From the NCBI GenBank assembly GCA_963755915.1, contig CAVWLP010000002.1, forward strand, positions 448,001-512,000: a stretch of DNA of 64,000 nt, given 5' to 3'. The position numbers and the translations under genes are program-made. The DNA is from an uncultured Phycisphaerales bacterium (GTDB taxonomy: Bacteria; Planctomycetota; Phycisphaerae; Tepidisphaerales; Tepidisphaeraceae). Positions 19,367 through 29,659 of this stretch are shown in pieces. How positions within the stretch are numbered: position 1 is the stretch's first letter; every line of letters begins with the position of its first letter. Below the pieces are notes generated by a model. It was not told the DNA's origin. It was given only the letters and a program-made list of their open reading frames with translations, and did no database searches.

Positions 19367-20098
19367 TCAGTCCGCTTGAGTCGCGCGAATTGCCTCGGGG
19401 AGGTTCACCTTTCCTTCGTAGAGGCTGCGGCCGACGATTGCGCCCCAAATTGGGAGATTTTTGAGCTGGCGGATGTGGTCGATGGAGCCGACGCCGCCGC
19501 TGGCGATTACCGGCACCTTGCCGGCTTGGGCGATGGCTTTGGTCTGGGGGAAGTTGGGGCCTTCGAGCATGCCGTCTTTGGCGATGTCGGTGTAGAGGAT
19601 GGCGGCGAGGGGCCAATCGGAGACTTCGTTGGCGACTTCGATGGCGGTGCGAGAGGAGGCCTGGGTCCAGCCGCGGACGGCGATGATGCCGTCCTTGGCG
19701 TCCAACGCGAGGATTATTTTTTTTGCGTAGGCGGGGTTGTGGACGAGGGATTGGAACCAGGGCCAGTCTTCCATGGCGCGGGTGCCGACGACGACGCGCT
19801 GGACGCCGGCCTGGAGGAGGGTGTCGATGTCGGCCGTGGTGCGGATTCCGCCGCCGGATTCTACGGATAGTCCTGAGGTTTTCGCGAGTTGGGAGATGAG
19901 GTCGGTCTGGACGGGGCGGCCTTCCTTGGCGCCGTCGAGATCGACGACGTGCATCCACTTCGCGCCGGCCTTCGCGAAAGATTCGGCGGTTTGGAGGGGG
20001 TCGACGTCGTAGTTGAGTTGCTGGGCGTAGTCTCCCTGCTTGAGGCGGACGACGCGGCCGGAGCGGAGGTCGATGCTGGGGATGATGGTTAATGCCAT
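19367..20098 (-). CDS. hisA: ProFAR isomerase, histidine biosynthesis
   Basis: IIPSIDLRSGRVVRLKQG, HVVDLDGA, GGGIR, YTDIAKDGMLEGPN and IASGG. Confidence 0.96.
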   Translation of the reverse strand: MALTIIPSIDLRSGRVVRLKQGDYAQQLNYDVDPLQTAESFAKAGAKWMHVVDLDGAKEGRPVQTDLISQLAKTSGLSVESGGGIRTTADIDTLLQAGVQRVVVGTRAMEDWPWFQSLVHNPAYAKKIILALDAKDGIIAVRGWTQASSRTAIEVANEVSDWPLAAILYTDIAKDGMLEGPNFPQTKAIAQAGKVPVIASGGVGSIDHIRQLKNLPIWGAIVGRSLYEGKVNLPEAIRATQAD

Positions 20099-20142
20099 TG
20101 GCGGTGAATTCTAATTGCCGGCGGTTGGCATACAATTCGGGC

Positions 20143-21552
20143 GTGGACGAGCGAATTGAGAAGTTGGCGGAGAAGGCGAAGGGATTGCCCAAATCGCCGG
20201 GCGTTTACCTCATGAAGGATGACAAGGGGCGGGTGGTTTATATCGGGAAATCGGCGTCGCTGCGGGACCGGGTTTCGAGCTATTTTCAGGCGGGGACCAA
20301 GCTGGAGTTCAAGAAGTCGGGGCTGCTGGAATGTGTCGTCGATTTTGATGTGGTGGAGACGGATACAGAAGTCGAGGCGCTGCTGGCGGAGAACCGGTTG
20401 ATCAAGGATATCCAGCCGAAATTTAATGCGAGATTGCTGGATGATAAGACGTTTCCGTATCTCATGGTGACTACCGGGGAGGAATTTCCGGGGGTGTATG
20501 TGACGCGGCAGCCGCGAACCGAGGGGGTAAAGCTTTTTGGCCCGTTCACGAGCGTGCATTCACTGAAGGAAGCGGTGACGGTGCTTCAGAAGGCGTTTAA
20601 GTTTCGGACGTGTCATCTCGAGATTCTGGAGAGTGACGAGAATCGGCGATTTTTCAGGCCGTGTTTGCTCTATCCGATCAAGCAGTGCACGGCGCCGTGC
20701 GCGGCGAAGATAACGAAGGAGACGTATCGGGCGGATATAAGCCGGCTGCTGCGATTTCTGGAGGGGGAGAAGAAGAGCGTGCTGCGGACGATGGAGAAGG
20801 AGATGCTCCAGGCGAGCGAGGGGCAGAATTATGAGCTGGCGGCGCGGCTGCGGGATGAGATCAAGGCGCTGACGTCATTGGGAGACCGGGCGGCGAAAGG
20901 GGAGCAGGAATATTGGCAGCCGGAGGCGTTTGTTACGGATCCGAAGGAGGGGATGGAGAAATTGCAGGAAGTGCTGGGGCTGGCGGAGATGCCGCGGATT
21001 GTGGAGGGGATTGATATTGCGCACCTTCAGGGAGGGGAGACGGTGGGGAGCAAGGTGTGCTTCATCGACGGGACGCCGTTCAAGGAGTCGTATCGGCGGT
21101 ACAAGATCAAGCATGGGGAGGGGAATAACGATTACCTGAGCATTCAGGAAGTGGTGAGCCGGCGGTATCGGGAGGCGGGGTCGAATCATGAGCTTTTTCC
21201 GGATGTGATTTTGATCGACGGGGGTTTGGGGCAGCTTCATGCGGCGATGGACGTTTTCAAGACGATGGATGTAAAACCGCCGATGGTGATTTCGCTGGCG
21301 AAGAAGGAGGAGCTGGTTTTTACGCAGGCGCGGTCGGAGCCGGTGAGATTGGCGAGGAATAATGCGGCGCTGAAATTGCTTCAGTATATACGGGATGAGG
21401 CGCATTGGTTTGCGCAGCATTACCATCATATTCTGCGGCGTAAGGCGCAGTTGGAGGAAGATGTGAAGCAGGGGAGGAGGCCGCCGCGGGCGAAGGTTAG
21501 GAAAATACCAGAGGCCGAAAACCCAATGCCCAATGAAGGGGAGGGAAAGTGA
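20143..21552 (+). CDS. uvrC: Excinuclease ABC subunit C (short form, no C-terminal HhH domain)
   Basis: GIY-YIG (PGVYLM...YIGKSASLRDRVSSYF), Cys cluster, UVR domain, RNase H-like domain (IEG.DI, DGGLGQL, RDEAH). Confidence 0.92.
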   Translation: MDERIEKLAEKAKGLPKSPGVYLMKDDKGRVVYIGKSASLRDRVSSYFQAGTKLEFKKSGLLECVVDFDVVETDTEVEALLAENRLIKDIQPKFNARLLDDKTFPYLMVTTGEEFPGVYVTRQPRTEGVKLFGPFTSVHSLKEAVTVLQKAFKFRTCHLEILESDENRRFFRPCLLYPIKQCTAPCAAKITKETYRADISRLLRFLEGEKKSVLRTMEKEMLQASEGQNYELAARLRDEIKALTSLGDRAAKGEQEYWQPEAFVTDPKEGMEKLQEVLGLAEMPRIVEGIDIAHLQGGETVGSKVCFIDGTPFKESYRRYKIKHGEGNNDYLSIQEVVSRRYREAGSNHELFPDVILIDGGLGQLHAAMDVFKTMDVKPPMVISLAKKEELVFTQARSEPVRLARNNAALKLLQYIRDEAHWFAQHYHHILRRKAQLEEDVKQGRRPPRAKVRKIPEAENPMPNEGEGK

Positions 21553-21599
21553 TTTTTTGGTTACATTCGAGGGGGAATTGAATATCATTTTGTGTTGCA

Positions 21600-22141
21600 A
21601 TGGAATCGACACAGGGGAAACTTCTGCTGGCTTCGCCGCGATTGGCGGATCCGAATTTCTCGCACACCGTGGTGCTGATGGTGCAGCATAACGAGCAGGG
21701 GCGCTGGGGCTGATATTGAATCGTCCGCTGCAGGTTTCGGTGCGGCAGGCATGCGAGCAGAGTTTGGGGGAGGCTTGTGAAGTCGAGGGGATGCTGCACC
21801 AGGGGGGGCCGTGCGAGGGGCCGCTGATGGTGCTGCATGGGAATGAGATGTCGAAGGATGCGGATGTTTTTCCGGGGGTTTTCTTTACGACGGAGAAGTC
21901 GAAGATCGAGTCGCTGTTAAAGCAGAATATTTCTTCGGCGCGGTATTTCGTGGGATATTCGGGATGGACGGCTGGGCAGCTTGAGGCGGAGATGGAGCTG
22001 AATTCGTGGGTGATCGCCGATGCGCTGCCGGGGCATGTGTTTGAAGACCCGGCGAATTTGTGGGCCGTTTTGGTGCGTCAGCGGCTGCTGAGCCCGTGGA
22101 TGGATCCGTCGCAGATTCCGGATGATCCTTCTGTCAATTGA
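21600..22141 (+). CDS. YqgE/AlgH (DUF179) family protein (frameshift near 21700)
   Basis: ATG 21600 gives [34 protein letters not shown]. One missing G joins ALGLILNRP...GGP...[13 protein letters not shown]. Confidence 0.88.
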
Positions 22142-22147
22142 GATTCC

Positions 22148-23167
22148 ATGAGCGCGATCCAGGTTGGGATCATCGGGTTTGGGCGGATCGGGCTGGAGCA
22201 CGCGAAATGGATTGCGCAGTGCGAGGGGATTGCCGCGGCGGCGGTGGCGGACAGCACGGGGGCGCGGAGGGAGTTGGCGAAGGAGCGGGGACTTCGGGTT
22301 CATTCGTCGATTGAAGAGCTTCTGGGGGATAGCGCGATTGAGGCGGCGCTGATTTCCACGCCGACGGCGATGCATTTTGAGCAGGCCTCGGCGGCGCTGA
22401 AGGCTGGGAAGCATGTGATGATCGAGAAGCCGATGGCGGTCACGCTGCACGAAGCGCAGCGGCTGGTGGAGCTGGCGGAGGAAAATCGGCGGGTGCTGAC
22501 GGTGTTTCACAACCGGCGCTGGAGGGCGGATTCGTTGACGATCAAGTCGGCGATGGAATCGGGGATTTTCGGACGGATCATCAACATCGAGAGCCGGCTG
22601 GGGCAATGGGCGAGCTGCGTGGGGCCGGCGGCGGTTGAATATCATCCCAACTGGCGAAACGAAGCGAGCTTCGGCGGGGGCGCATTGTTTGACTGGGGAA
22701 GCCATTTCGTCGACCAGTTGCTGCACGTGATGCTGCCGGCGCGGCCGGTGCGGGTTTTTGCGCAGCTTCGGGGGAACGTGTGGTCGAAGGATTGCGACGA
22801 TTTCGCACGGGTGTGCATTGATTTTGACAGCGGGGCGGTGGGGCTGGTGGAAGTGAACACGACGACGACGGCGGGGCTGCCGCGCTGGCATATCGATGGC
22901 ACGCGAGGTTCGGCGCAGACGAATTGCGGGCGGACGTACGATCATCGGAAATGGGCGGAGCTGGATTTCACGCCGGCGGCGGAGGCGACATGGCGGTTGC
23001 CGGTGGTTGAAGGGGAGATATCGAACGTCGACCATTGGACGCGATTTGCGCGGGCGATTGGGGGGGATGGGGAGCCGGCGATTGCGGCGGAATCGGTGCT
23101 GCCGACGATGGCGGTGCTGGATGCGGCGAGAAAAAGCAGCGAATTGGGAATGGCGGTGGGTGTTTAG
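22148..23167 (+). CDS. Gfo/Idh/MocA family oxidoreductase
   Basis: GIIGFGRIG, KHVMIEKP, FHNRRW and GGALFDWGSH. Confidence 0.92.
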   Translation: MSAIQVGIIGFGRIGLEHAKWIAQCEGIAAAAVADSTGARRELAKERGLRVHSSIEELLGDSAIEAALISTPTAMHFEQASAALKAGKHVMIEKPMAVTLHEAQRLVELAEENRRVLTVFHNRRWRADSLTIKSAMESGIFGRIINIESRLGQWASCVGPAAVEYHPNWRNEASFGGGALFDWGSHFVDQLLHVMLPARPVRVFAQLRGNVWSKDCDDFARVCIDFDSGAVGLVEVNTTTTAGLPRWHIDGTRGSAQTNCGRTYDHRKWAELDFTPAAEATWRLPVVEGEISNVDHWTRFARAIGGDGEPAIAAESVLPTMAVLDAARKSSELGMAVGV

Positions 23168-23190
23168 CGGTTAAATCTGGATGGGAAAAG

Positions 23191-23916
23191 ATGTTTTTAT
23201 TGAGCAATCAGCGCGAGATGACGCCGGAGATTATGGACCGGGCGGATGTGGAGGAGTCGGCGCATCTGAGCGCGCTGGAGGGGCTTCGGCGCATTAACGT
23301 CGCGTCGAAGGCGGCGACGCAGATTGCCGAGCCGATTGTGGCGGGGGCGAGAAGGGATGGGGTGAGCCGGATTTCGATGCTGGATGTTGCGTGCGGGGGC
23401 GGGGATGTTCCGGTGGGGGTGGCGCAGATTGCCAGATTGGCCGGTGTTGAGGTCGAGCTGATCTTGCTGGATCGGAGCGCGACGGCGCTGGCAACGGCGT
23501 CGGAAACGGCGCGCGGTGCGGGGATCGAGCATCGGTGTGTGCAGGCGGATTTGGCGGCCGGGTGGCCGGCGATCGAGGCGGATTTGGTGACGTGCAGCTT
23601 GTTTCTGCATCATCTTCCATCGGGGGCAGATGTGGTGGAATTTTTGAGGAAGGCACGGCAGATTGCGCGGCGGCGAATTGTGATCAGCGATCTGCGAAGA
23701 AGCCGGCTTGGCTATCTGGTCGCCTGGGTCGGGGGACGAATACTGAGCAGCAGCAGCATCGTCCATCACGACGGGCCGGTGAGCGTGCGGGCGGCGTGGA
23801 CGATGAGGGAGATGCGGCAGTTCGCTGCGGAGGCGAAATTGGTGAATTGTGAAATCCGAAGTTCGTACCCGTGGCGTATGCTCCTGGTATGGGAAGCGGG
23901 AGCGCGAAAATCGTGA
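23191..23916 (+). CDS. SAM-dependent methyltransferase (type III PKS cluster-associated)
   Basis: EIMD motif, LDVACGGGD motif I, CSLFLHH, DLRRS and HDGPVSVRAA. Confidence 0.88.
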   Translation: MFLLSNQREMTPEIMDRADVEESAHLSALEGLRRINVASKAATQIAEPIVAGARRDGVSRISMLDVACGGGDVPVGVAQIARLAGVEVELILLDRSATALATASETARGAGIEHRCVQADLAAGWPAIEADLVTCSLFLHHLPSGADVVEFLRKARQIARRRIVISDLRRSRLGYLVAWVGGRILSSSSIVHHDGPVSVRAAWTMREMRQFAAEAKLVNCEIRSSYPWRMLLVWEAGARKS

Positions 23917-25062
23917 ACCTTGAGCCGGCGACATGGGATGCGGTGGTGATCGGGGCGGGCGTTGCCGGGGGGGTGGCGGCTGCGATTTTGGCGCGCCGTG
24001 GGTCGCGGGTTTTGCTGGTGGAGAAATCGAACTGGCCGCGGGAGAAAGTTTGTGGGGGGTGCCTGACGGCGAATGCGGCCAGCGTGCTGAGAGATGTGGG
24101 GATTCCGCTGCCGGACGATCTTACGCGGGGGATTCAGAAGGTTTTCTGGCATGCGGGGGGAAGCACGCTGTCGATGCCGATTCCGGGGGAGATTGGGGTG
24201 CTGCGTCGGACCTGGATGCGGCGATTGTTTCGGAGGCGGTGCGGCGCGGATGCGAATTTGTTTCGGGCGCGACAGCGGGGGTTTTGCCGGCGTCGCGCGA
24301 GGATGGATTTCGGGAGATCAATCTTCAGACGGGAAAAGTGTCGAGAATCATTCGGGCTCGTGCGGTGCTTGCATGCGATGGGATTGGGGGGACATCTCTG
24401 GGGAGGATCGGGTGGGCGAAATGGGAGATAGCGCGAAATTCGCGGATCGGAGTCGCGGGGACCTGTGACGGGGCGGACTGGGCGATCGAGACCGGGGAGA
24501 TTCACATGCATGTGGGGAAGGCGGGATATGTGGGGTTGGTTAGATTCAATGACAAATGCGTGCATCTGGCGGCGGCGCTGGATCCGGCGGCGTGCCGCGC
24601 GCGGGAGGGCCGGGGGAAATTATTCGACGGATTTTGAGCGATGAGCGGCGCGAGATCGATCCGCATTGGCAATTCCCACGGCTTCGTGGTACAGGCGCGT
24701 TGACGCGAAGGCGAAGACGACTGGGCGGGCATCGGGTGCTGGTTGCGGGGGATGCGTGCGGATATGTGGAGCCGTTCACGGGAGAGGGGATGGCGTGGGC
24801 GGCGATGGGGGCGCGGGAGGCGGTGAGTCTTCTGCCGGAGCCGGGGGCGCCGTGGCCGAGGGATTTGGCGAAGCGATGGAAGCATCGGCACGATGAGCTG
24901 ATTGCGCGAAAGCAGGTCTGGTGCCGGGGGATGCGGCCGATGATGCGGTATCCGGAATTGGGGCCGCTGGTGATCGGGGCGGTGAACGCGATGCCGGCGG
25001 TAGGACGTTGGCTGGCGATGCGGATTTCGCAGCCGCGCGTTGGCGAGACGGTTTCAAGTTAG
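23913..25062 (+). CDS. FAD-dependent oxidoreductase, geranylgeranyl reductase/monooxygenase-like (frameshifts near 24210 and 24610)
   Basis: Three frames give VIGAGVAG..EK...PREKVCGGCL, then LDAAIV...ACDG...GYVGLV, then GDACGYVEPFTGEGMAWA. The GTG start overlaps the upstream TGA. Confidence 0.85.
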
Positions 25063-25072
25063 GAGAAGTGTG

Positions 25073-26215
25073 ATGACGCAACTGGCGGCAGACGTTTCGC
25101 GAAAAGCGCGGCAGAAGGTGTGCGTGAAGATCGTGGGGATCGGGACGGCGACGCCGCCGGCGGCGCCGCAGGAAGAGGCGCTGCGATTTGCGATGACGCT
25201 GAGCGGGCTGGCGGAGGATCAGCATGCGTGGCTGAAGCGTATTTACCGGCAGAGCGGGATTGAATCGCGCGGGAGCGTGCTGCTGCGGGAGGGGGAGGAT
25301 CATTACAAATCAGCGCGGGAGTTTTTTCCGGCGTCGAAGGGTCCGGGGGATCGTGGGCCGGGGACGGCGGCGCGAATGGCGGTGTATGCGCGGGAGGCGC
25401 CGAAGCTGGCTTGCCGGTCGGCGGGGGCGGCGCTGGAGAATTCCAAAATTCGCGCGGCGGAAATTACGCATCTGATTACGGCGTCCTGCACGGGGTTTTA
25501 TGCGCCGGGGCTGGATCGGGCGCTGATCGAGGGGTTGGGATTGGATCGCGGGGTCCGGCGGGTACACGTGGGGTTTATGGGATGCCACGCGGCGTTCAAC
25601 GCGCTGTCGGCGGCGCACGACATTGCGGCCGCGCATGCGGAGGCGCGGGTGCTGGTTTGCTGCGTGGAGCTTTGCAGCCTTCAGTGGGCGTATGGGGCCG
25701 ATCCGGGGAAGCTGGTGGCCAATGCGCTCTTCGCGGATGGGTCGGCATCGGCAGTGGTCGCCGCCGGCGGGCACGGCGGGGGCGACGGCGGAGGCTGGGA
25801 GATTGAAGATTTTTCGAGCTACCTGATTCCGGAATCGACGGATGCGATGACTTGGAATTTGGGGGATCATGGGTTTGAGATGACGCTTTCGCCGGGGGTG
25901 CCGGAGATTATTCGAAAAAACATGGGCGGCTGGTGCGATTCGTGGCTGATCGGACATAATCTGACAAAATCTGACATTTCCGCGTGGGCGATTCATCCCG
26001 GGGGGCCGAAGATTCTGGAGGCGGCGCGCGAGGGGCTGGAGCTGGGGGCGGAGGACATGCGATTTTCGTGGGGCGTTCTGTCGCGGCATGGGAATATGTC
26101 GTCAGCGACAGTTTTGTTTATTCTTCAACAGATGTCGCGGGAGATAACGGGGAGGGTTGTGGCGATTGGGCTGGGGCCGGGATTGATAGCTGAAGGTATG
26201 AGGCTTAGTAGATAA
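25073..26215 (+). CDS. Type III polyketide synthase (chalcone/stilbene synthase family)
   Basis: AGGAG RBS; catalytic triad motifs FMGCHAA, AIHPGG and HGNMSSAT; also LFADG and GLGPG. Confidence 0.94.
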   Translation: MTQLAADVSRKARQKVCVKIVGIGTATPPAAPQEEALRFAMTLSGLAEDQHAWLKRIYRQSGIESRGSVLLREGEDHYKSAREFFPASKGPGDRGPGTAARMAVYAREAPKLACRSAGAALENSKIRAAEITHLITASCTGFYAPGLDRALIEGLGLDRGVRRVHVGFMGCHAAFNALSAAHDIAAAHAEARVLVCCVELCSLQWAYGADPGKLVANALFADGSASAVVAAGGHGGGDGGGWEIEDFSSYLIPESTDAMTWNLGDHGFEMTLSPGVPEIIRKNMGGWCDSWLIGHNLTKSDISAWAIHPGGPKILEAAREGLELGAEDMRFSWGVLSRHGNMSSATVLFILQQMSREITGRVVAIGLGPGLIAEGMRLSR

Positions 26216-26219
26216 GAAT

Positions 26220-26807
26220 GGAAACGTCGCGAATGCGAACGAAACAAATTACGGGTGGCGCCAAATCCGATCCCTGCGAGGCTGCCGGCGAGAGAATTAT
26301 TGAAATCACGGCAGAATCCGGGGATTAATAAAACGTCGACGAATGCCCAAACCGCTGCAACCATTAAGGTGATTAGTCCAATGCCGAAAAATATCAGCGG
26401 AACGGAAACCAATGCCATAACCAGCATGGCGACGGCCGATCCGGTTCGACCCAGATGGAAGCGATGCGCCCGAAAATTCCCAAGAACCACCACAAAAGGT
26501 AGGCAACAAGAATCGATTTTTTGTTCGCTTCATACCTCATAAGTGCGTGCGCATCGGAAGATGGCGACGGTATAGCGACAAAATGTGCAACTGGTACAGG
26601 CTGCGCATAATTGAGTGGCACGTCGCCACCTGATGACCCGAAAACGTCGGTTGCGGTGCCCGCCGGTGTCCACGATTGCATTCCTTGGCGCCACACCAGA
26701 TCTGTCGGCTGAAGTTGATTACAAGCGGCCATTTGCCGCAGTGTTTCCAATGCAACAGGGCCGACTTGTTGCCCGTTATGGGCGTAATACTAATCACTGG
26801 CAGCCAT
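26220..26807 (-). pseudogene. GYF_2 (DUF4339) + TM2 domain membrane protein with a premature stop and a frameshift; 3' end approximate
   Basis: ATG 26807 reads MAASD*YYAHNGQQVGPV...DLVWRQGMQSW, with TAG where Trp is expected; KKSILVAYLLWWFLG then frameshifts to GAHRFHLGRTGSA (TM2 motif). Confidence 0.75.
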
Positions 26808-27042
26808 TGAATGTTCCAGACGGGCCAATGCCCAGCCAAGATGCCTTGAACTGTCAGCGGGACTTATTCTATGGTATTTACGGATCTATCCGTATGCCAA
26901 TTTATTGATACAGAGTGACAGGTGCGTATGTACCGAGTTGTCGGCTTGCGCTCGATGAGACGATTCGTGCTCTGGTCATCGAAGGTAGGAAATAACAGAC
27001 TTTGTGGTGGGGACTCACGATGCCCAAGGCGAAATGCGGAAT

Positions 27043-27657
27043 TCAAAGTTTAGTTTGCTCCGGCGGATCACCCTCTATGGGTTGCAAGCCGAATAGATTG
27101 CGGTCGACGTATAATGTTATCCACTTCTGGTCGTAGGGCCACCGCGCAAGCGCGCCCTCCATTTGTAGATGGAGCATTGTGCTGGACAATTCGGTGAATC
27201 CTACTTCAAGTGATGCTCGGCCGGGCTTCATTCGAAATCTGATCGGCTTACCATCAGGAAGATACTGGCCAAGCTCTATGTCCATGGACCACTCTATGTG
27301 ACCATCGTTATCGCCTGAGCCGCCAAGAAATTTGGCTTGAAAGCCGTTCGGTAAGTCTGCCAAGCGAGCGTTATTCTCTTCGAATTCCTTGTCCTTTGCT
27401 GGACCTACGCCCACCTGCACTTTTGTTGCGACAATCTCACCAATGCAAAGCCTAGAATGAACCTGAGAAAATCCCCAGGCATCGTAAAAGTCGTAGAAAC
27501 CCCACGGTTTTTGCATGAGCGTATCAAGATATTCGCGATCATATTCACCGTCATTCATTCGCCGACAGTATTGGGCAACGGTAGCGGCAAGTGCGGGCTC
27601 GCGTGACATGCTTTCGGTTGCAGTTCGGATCAAACCTGTTTGATGGGAGCTGCGCAT
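27043..27657 (-). CDS. Hypothetical protein in lower-GC island
   Basis: 204 aa globular-looking ORF with AT-richer codons than the flanks; no family recognised. Confidence 0.65.
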   Translation of the reverse strand: MRSSHQTGLIRTATESMSREPALAATVAQYCRRMNDGEYDREYLDTLMQKPWGFYDFYDAWGFSQVHSRLCIGEIVATKVQVGVGPAKDKEFEENNARLADLPNGFQAKFLGGSGDNDGHIEWSMDIELGQYLPDGKPIRFRMKPGRASLEVGFTELSSTMLHLQMEGALARWPYDQKWITLYVDRNLFGLQPIEGDPPEQTKL

Positions 27658-27714
27658 AGCCTAATTATCGGGAACATTTCGCGCAAGTACATAGCCCGAA
27701 TCAAGCGATCCGTT

Positions 27715-27960
27715 TCACTTGCGCTTTTTCCGCGATGTGCGGGAATAGATGGTTCGGCGTGCTTTCGCGATGGCGTCATCGAGCTGGCTCTCCGTGACGC
27801 CGCTCTGAGCGAAAGCGTCACGCACGGGCGCGAGCAGTTCGTCGAATGTCATCGTGGCTGAGTCGATCAGCAACTCGACGAAATCTTGGGGAGTCGTTCC
27901 TAGCTCGCGCGCCTTGCGGGCAGCGGCCTTGGAGCGTCGTTTGTCGAGGTTTACGGTCAT
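27715..27960 (-). CDS. Small basic protein, ribbon-helix-helix / antitoxin-like
   Basis: MTVNLD...KARELGTTPQDFVELLI...TFDELLAPVRDAFAQSGVTESQLDDAI; about 81 aa. Confidence 0.6.
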   Translation of the reverse strand: MTVNLDKRRSKAAARKARELGTTPQDFVELLIDSATMTFDELLAPVRDAFAQSGVTESQLDDAIAKARRTIYSRTSRKKRK

Positions 27961-28007
27961 ATCAAATCTATTAAGTCCCAAGCGCCGGCTAATGTGAGTC
28001 TTTGCTG

Positions 28008-28238
28008 CTATTTAAGCAGGACTCCCTTGAGATATGCGCGGCCCTTCGGTGTCAGGCAGACTAATTTGCAGCTATCCGCATCGACGATCTCAATCAGCTT
28101 CTGGTCATTTGCCTCCTCCCATACGGGCAAACGCGGGCAGGATGTTCGCCAGGCGGACATCGTTTCGTCGTAGGTGCGGGGGCGCTGGGAGATCCAATCG
28201 AGCAGATTGGCGATCAGGTTGTCGACGGAATCGGGCAT
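28008..28238 (-). CDS. Small conserved hypothetical protein (possible winged helix)
   Basis: LLDWISQRPRTYDETMSAWRTSCPRLPVWEEA...LTPKGRAYL; resembles a small bacterial family recalled from memory. Confidence 0.7.
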   Translation of the reverse strand: MPDSVDNLIANLLDWISQRPRTYDETMSAWRTSCPRLPVWEEANDQKLIEIVDADSCKLVCLTPKGRAYLKGVLLK

Positions 28239-28335
28239 GGCGGACCTTTGAGATGATATTCGAGTTTGCATCGAACACCACACGATCACCTTTGAGTGGC
28301 GACGCCAGACGCATTTAACTCGTAACAATATTCAA

Positions 28336-28377
28336 GGCCCTCACCCCTGCCCTCTCCCGGAGTACCGGGAGAGGGGG
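28336..28377 (+). repeat. REP-like hairpin element
   Basis: GGCCCTCACCCCTG-CCCTCTCCCGG-agta-CCGGGAGAGGG; related copies elsewhere in the window. Confidence 0.9.
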
Positions 28378-28404
28378 AAAAGACTGGCTATCGCGCAGGC
28401 AATT

Positions 28405-29597
28405 TTATCCCAGCTTCATCAGAAATTCCCCGATCCGGTCCAGCCCTTTGTCAATCTGCTCCATACTGGTGGCGAAGCTGAGGCGGACGTGGGTTTCGAA
28501 GCCGCTGTCGTTCCCGGGGACGACGGCGACGTGACTTTGCTCGAGCAGCGCGGAGGCGAAAGAAATGGCATCTGTAATTCCGGATTTTCCGAAATAGGCG
28601 CTGACGTTGGGGAAGATGTAGAACGCGCCCTGGGGTTTGACGCAGGTGATTTTTGGGAGGGCCGTGATGCGCTGGTGGATGTGGTGGGCGCGTTTTTCGA
28701 ACTGGCGGCGCATCTGCTCGACGCTTTCGGGGCCGCGCGGTCGCTCAGCGCCAGAGCGGCGGGGATTTGGGTGAAGCTGGTGATGTGGCTGGTCATCTGG
28801 CTCTGGAGTTTGTTGATGGCGTCGATGACGGGCTTGGGACCGCCGATGTACCCGATGCGCCAGCCGGTCATGGCGAAGGTTTTGGAGTGGCAGTTGAAGG
28901 TCAGCGTGCGCTCCAGCAAATCGGGGTGGAGTGTGGCGAAGCTGACGGATTTGAGGCCGTCGTAGACGAGCTTTTCGTAGATCTCGTCGGAGAAGACGAC
29001 GAGATTGGGATTTTTGGCGGCGACGTCGGCGAGGGCTTTGAGCTCGGCGGGGGTGTAGGCGTGGCCGCCCGGGTTGCTGGGGCTGTTGATGATCAGCACC
29101 CGCGTTTTGGGGGTGATGGCGGACTGGAGCTGTGCCGGGGTGATTTTGAAGCCGGCGGATTCTTCGCCGCGGATGTATTTGGGGACGCCGCCGGCGAGCT
29201 TGACCTGCTCGGGGTAGCTGACCCAGTAGGGAGCGGGGATGAGGACTTCGTCGCCGGGGTTGAGGACGGCCATGAAGGCCATAAAGAGGCAATGCTTGCC
29301 GCCCGCGCCAGTAGTGATCTGGTCGGGTTTGTAGGGAAGGCCGTTTTCAGTGTTGAATTTTTTTGCGATGGCTTCGCGCAGCTCGGGGAGACAGGGGGTT
29401 GGGGTGTACTTGGTCTGGCCCTTGTCGAGAGCAGCCTTGGCAGCGTCTTTAATGAAGGAGGGAGTGTCGAAATCAGGTTCGCCGGCGCCGAAGCCGACGA
29501 CGTCGATGCCGGCCTTTTTCATGGCGGCGGCCTTGGCGCTGACGGCGAGGGTGATGGATTCGGAAACGAGCTTGATTCTGTCGGCTAAGGGAAACAT
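28405..29597 (-). CDS. PLP-dependent aminotransferase class I/II, aspartate aminotransferase-like (frameshift near 28738)
   Basis: GAGEPDFDTP, PYWVSYP, NSPSNPGG, SDEIYE and SKTFAMTGWRIGY; C-terminus PQGAFYIFP...VRLSFA in a second frame. Confidence 0.92.
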
Positions 29598-29659
29598 GAG
29601 GCGCTCCAAACTTATTGGGCAGGGAACGGTATAGCGCGGGGTGGGGGTTTTCAAGCGAT

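Noticed and set aside
26864-27046. 60-aa ORF in the lower-GC island
   Set aside because: No motif, RBS or compositional support.
28245-28300. RVVFDAN peptide resembling a PIN toxin N-terminus
   Set aside because: Only a few residues match and there is no continuing PIN domain; at most a remnant.
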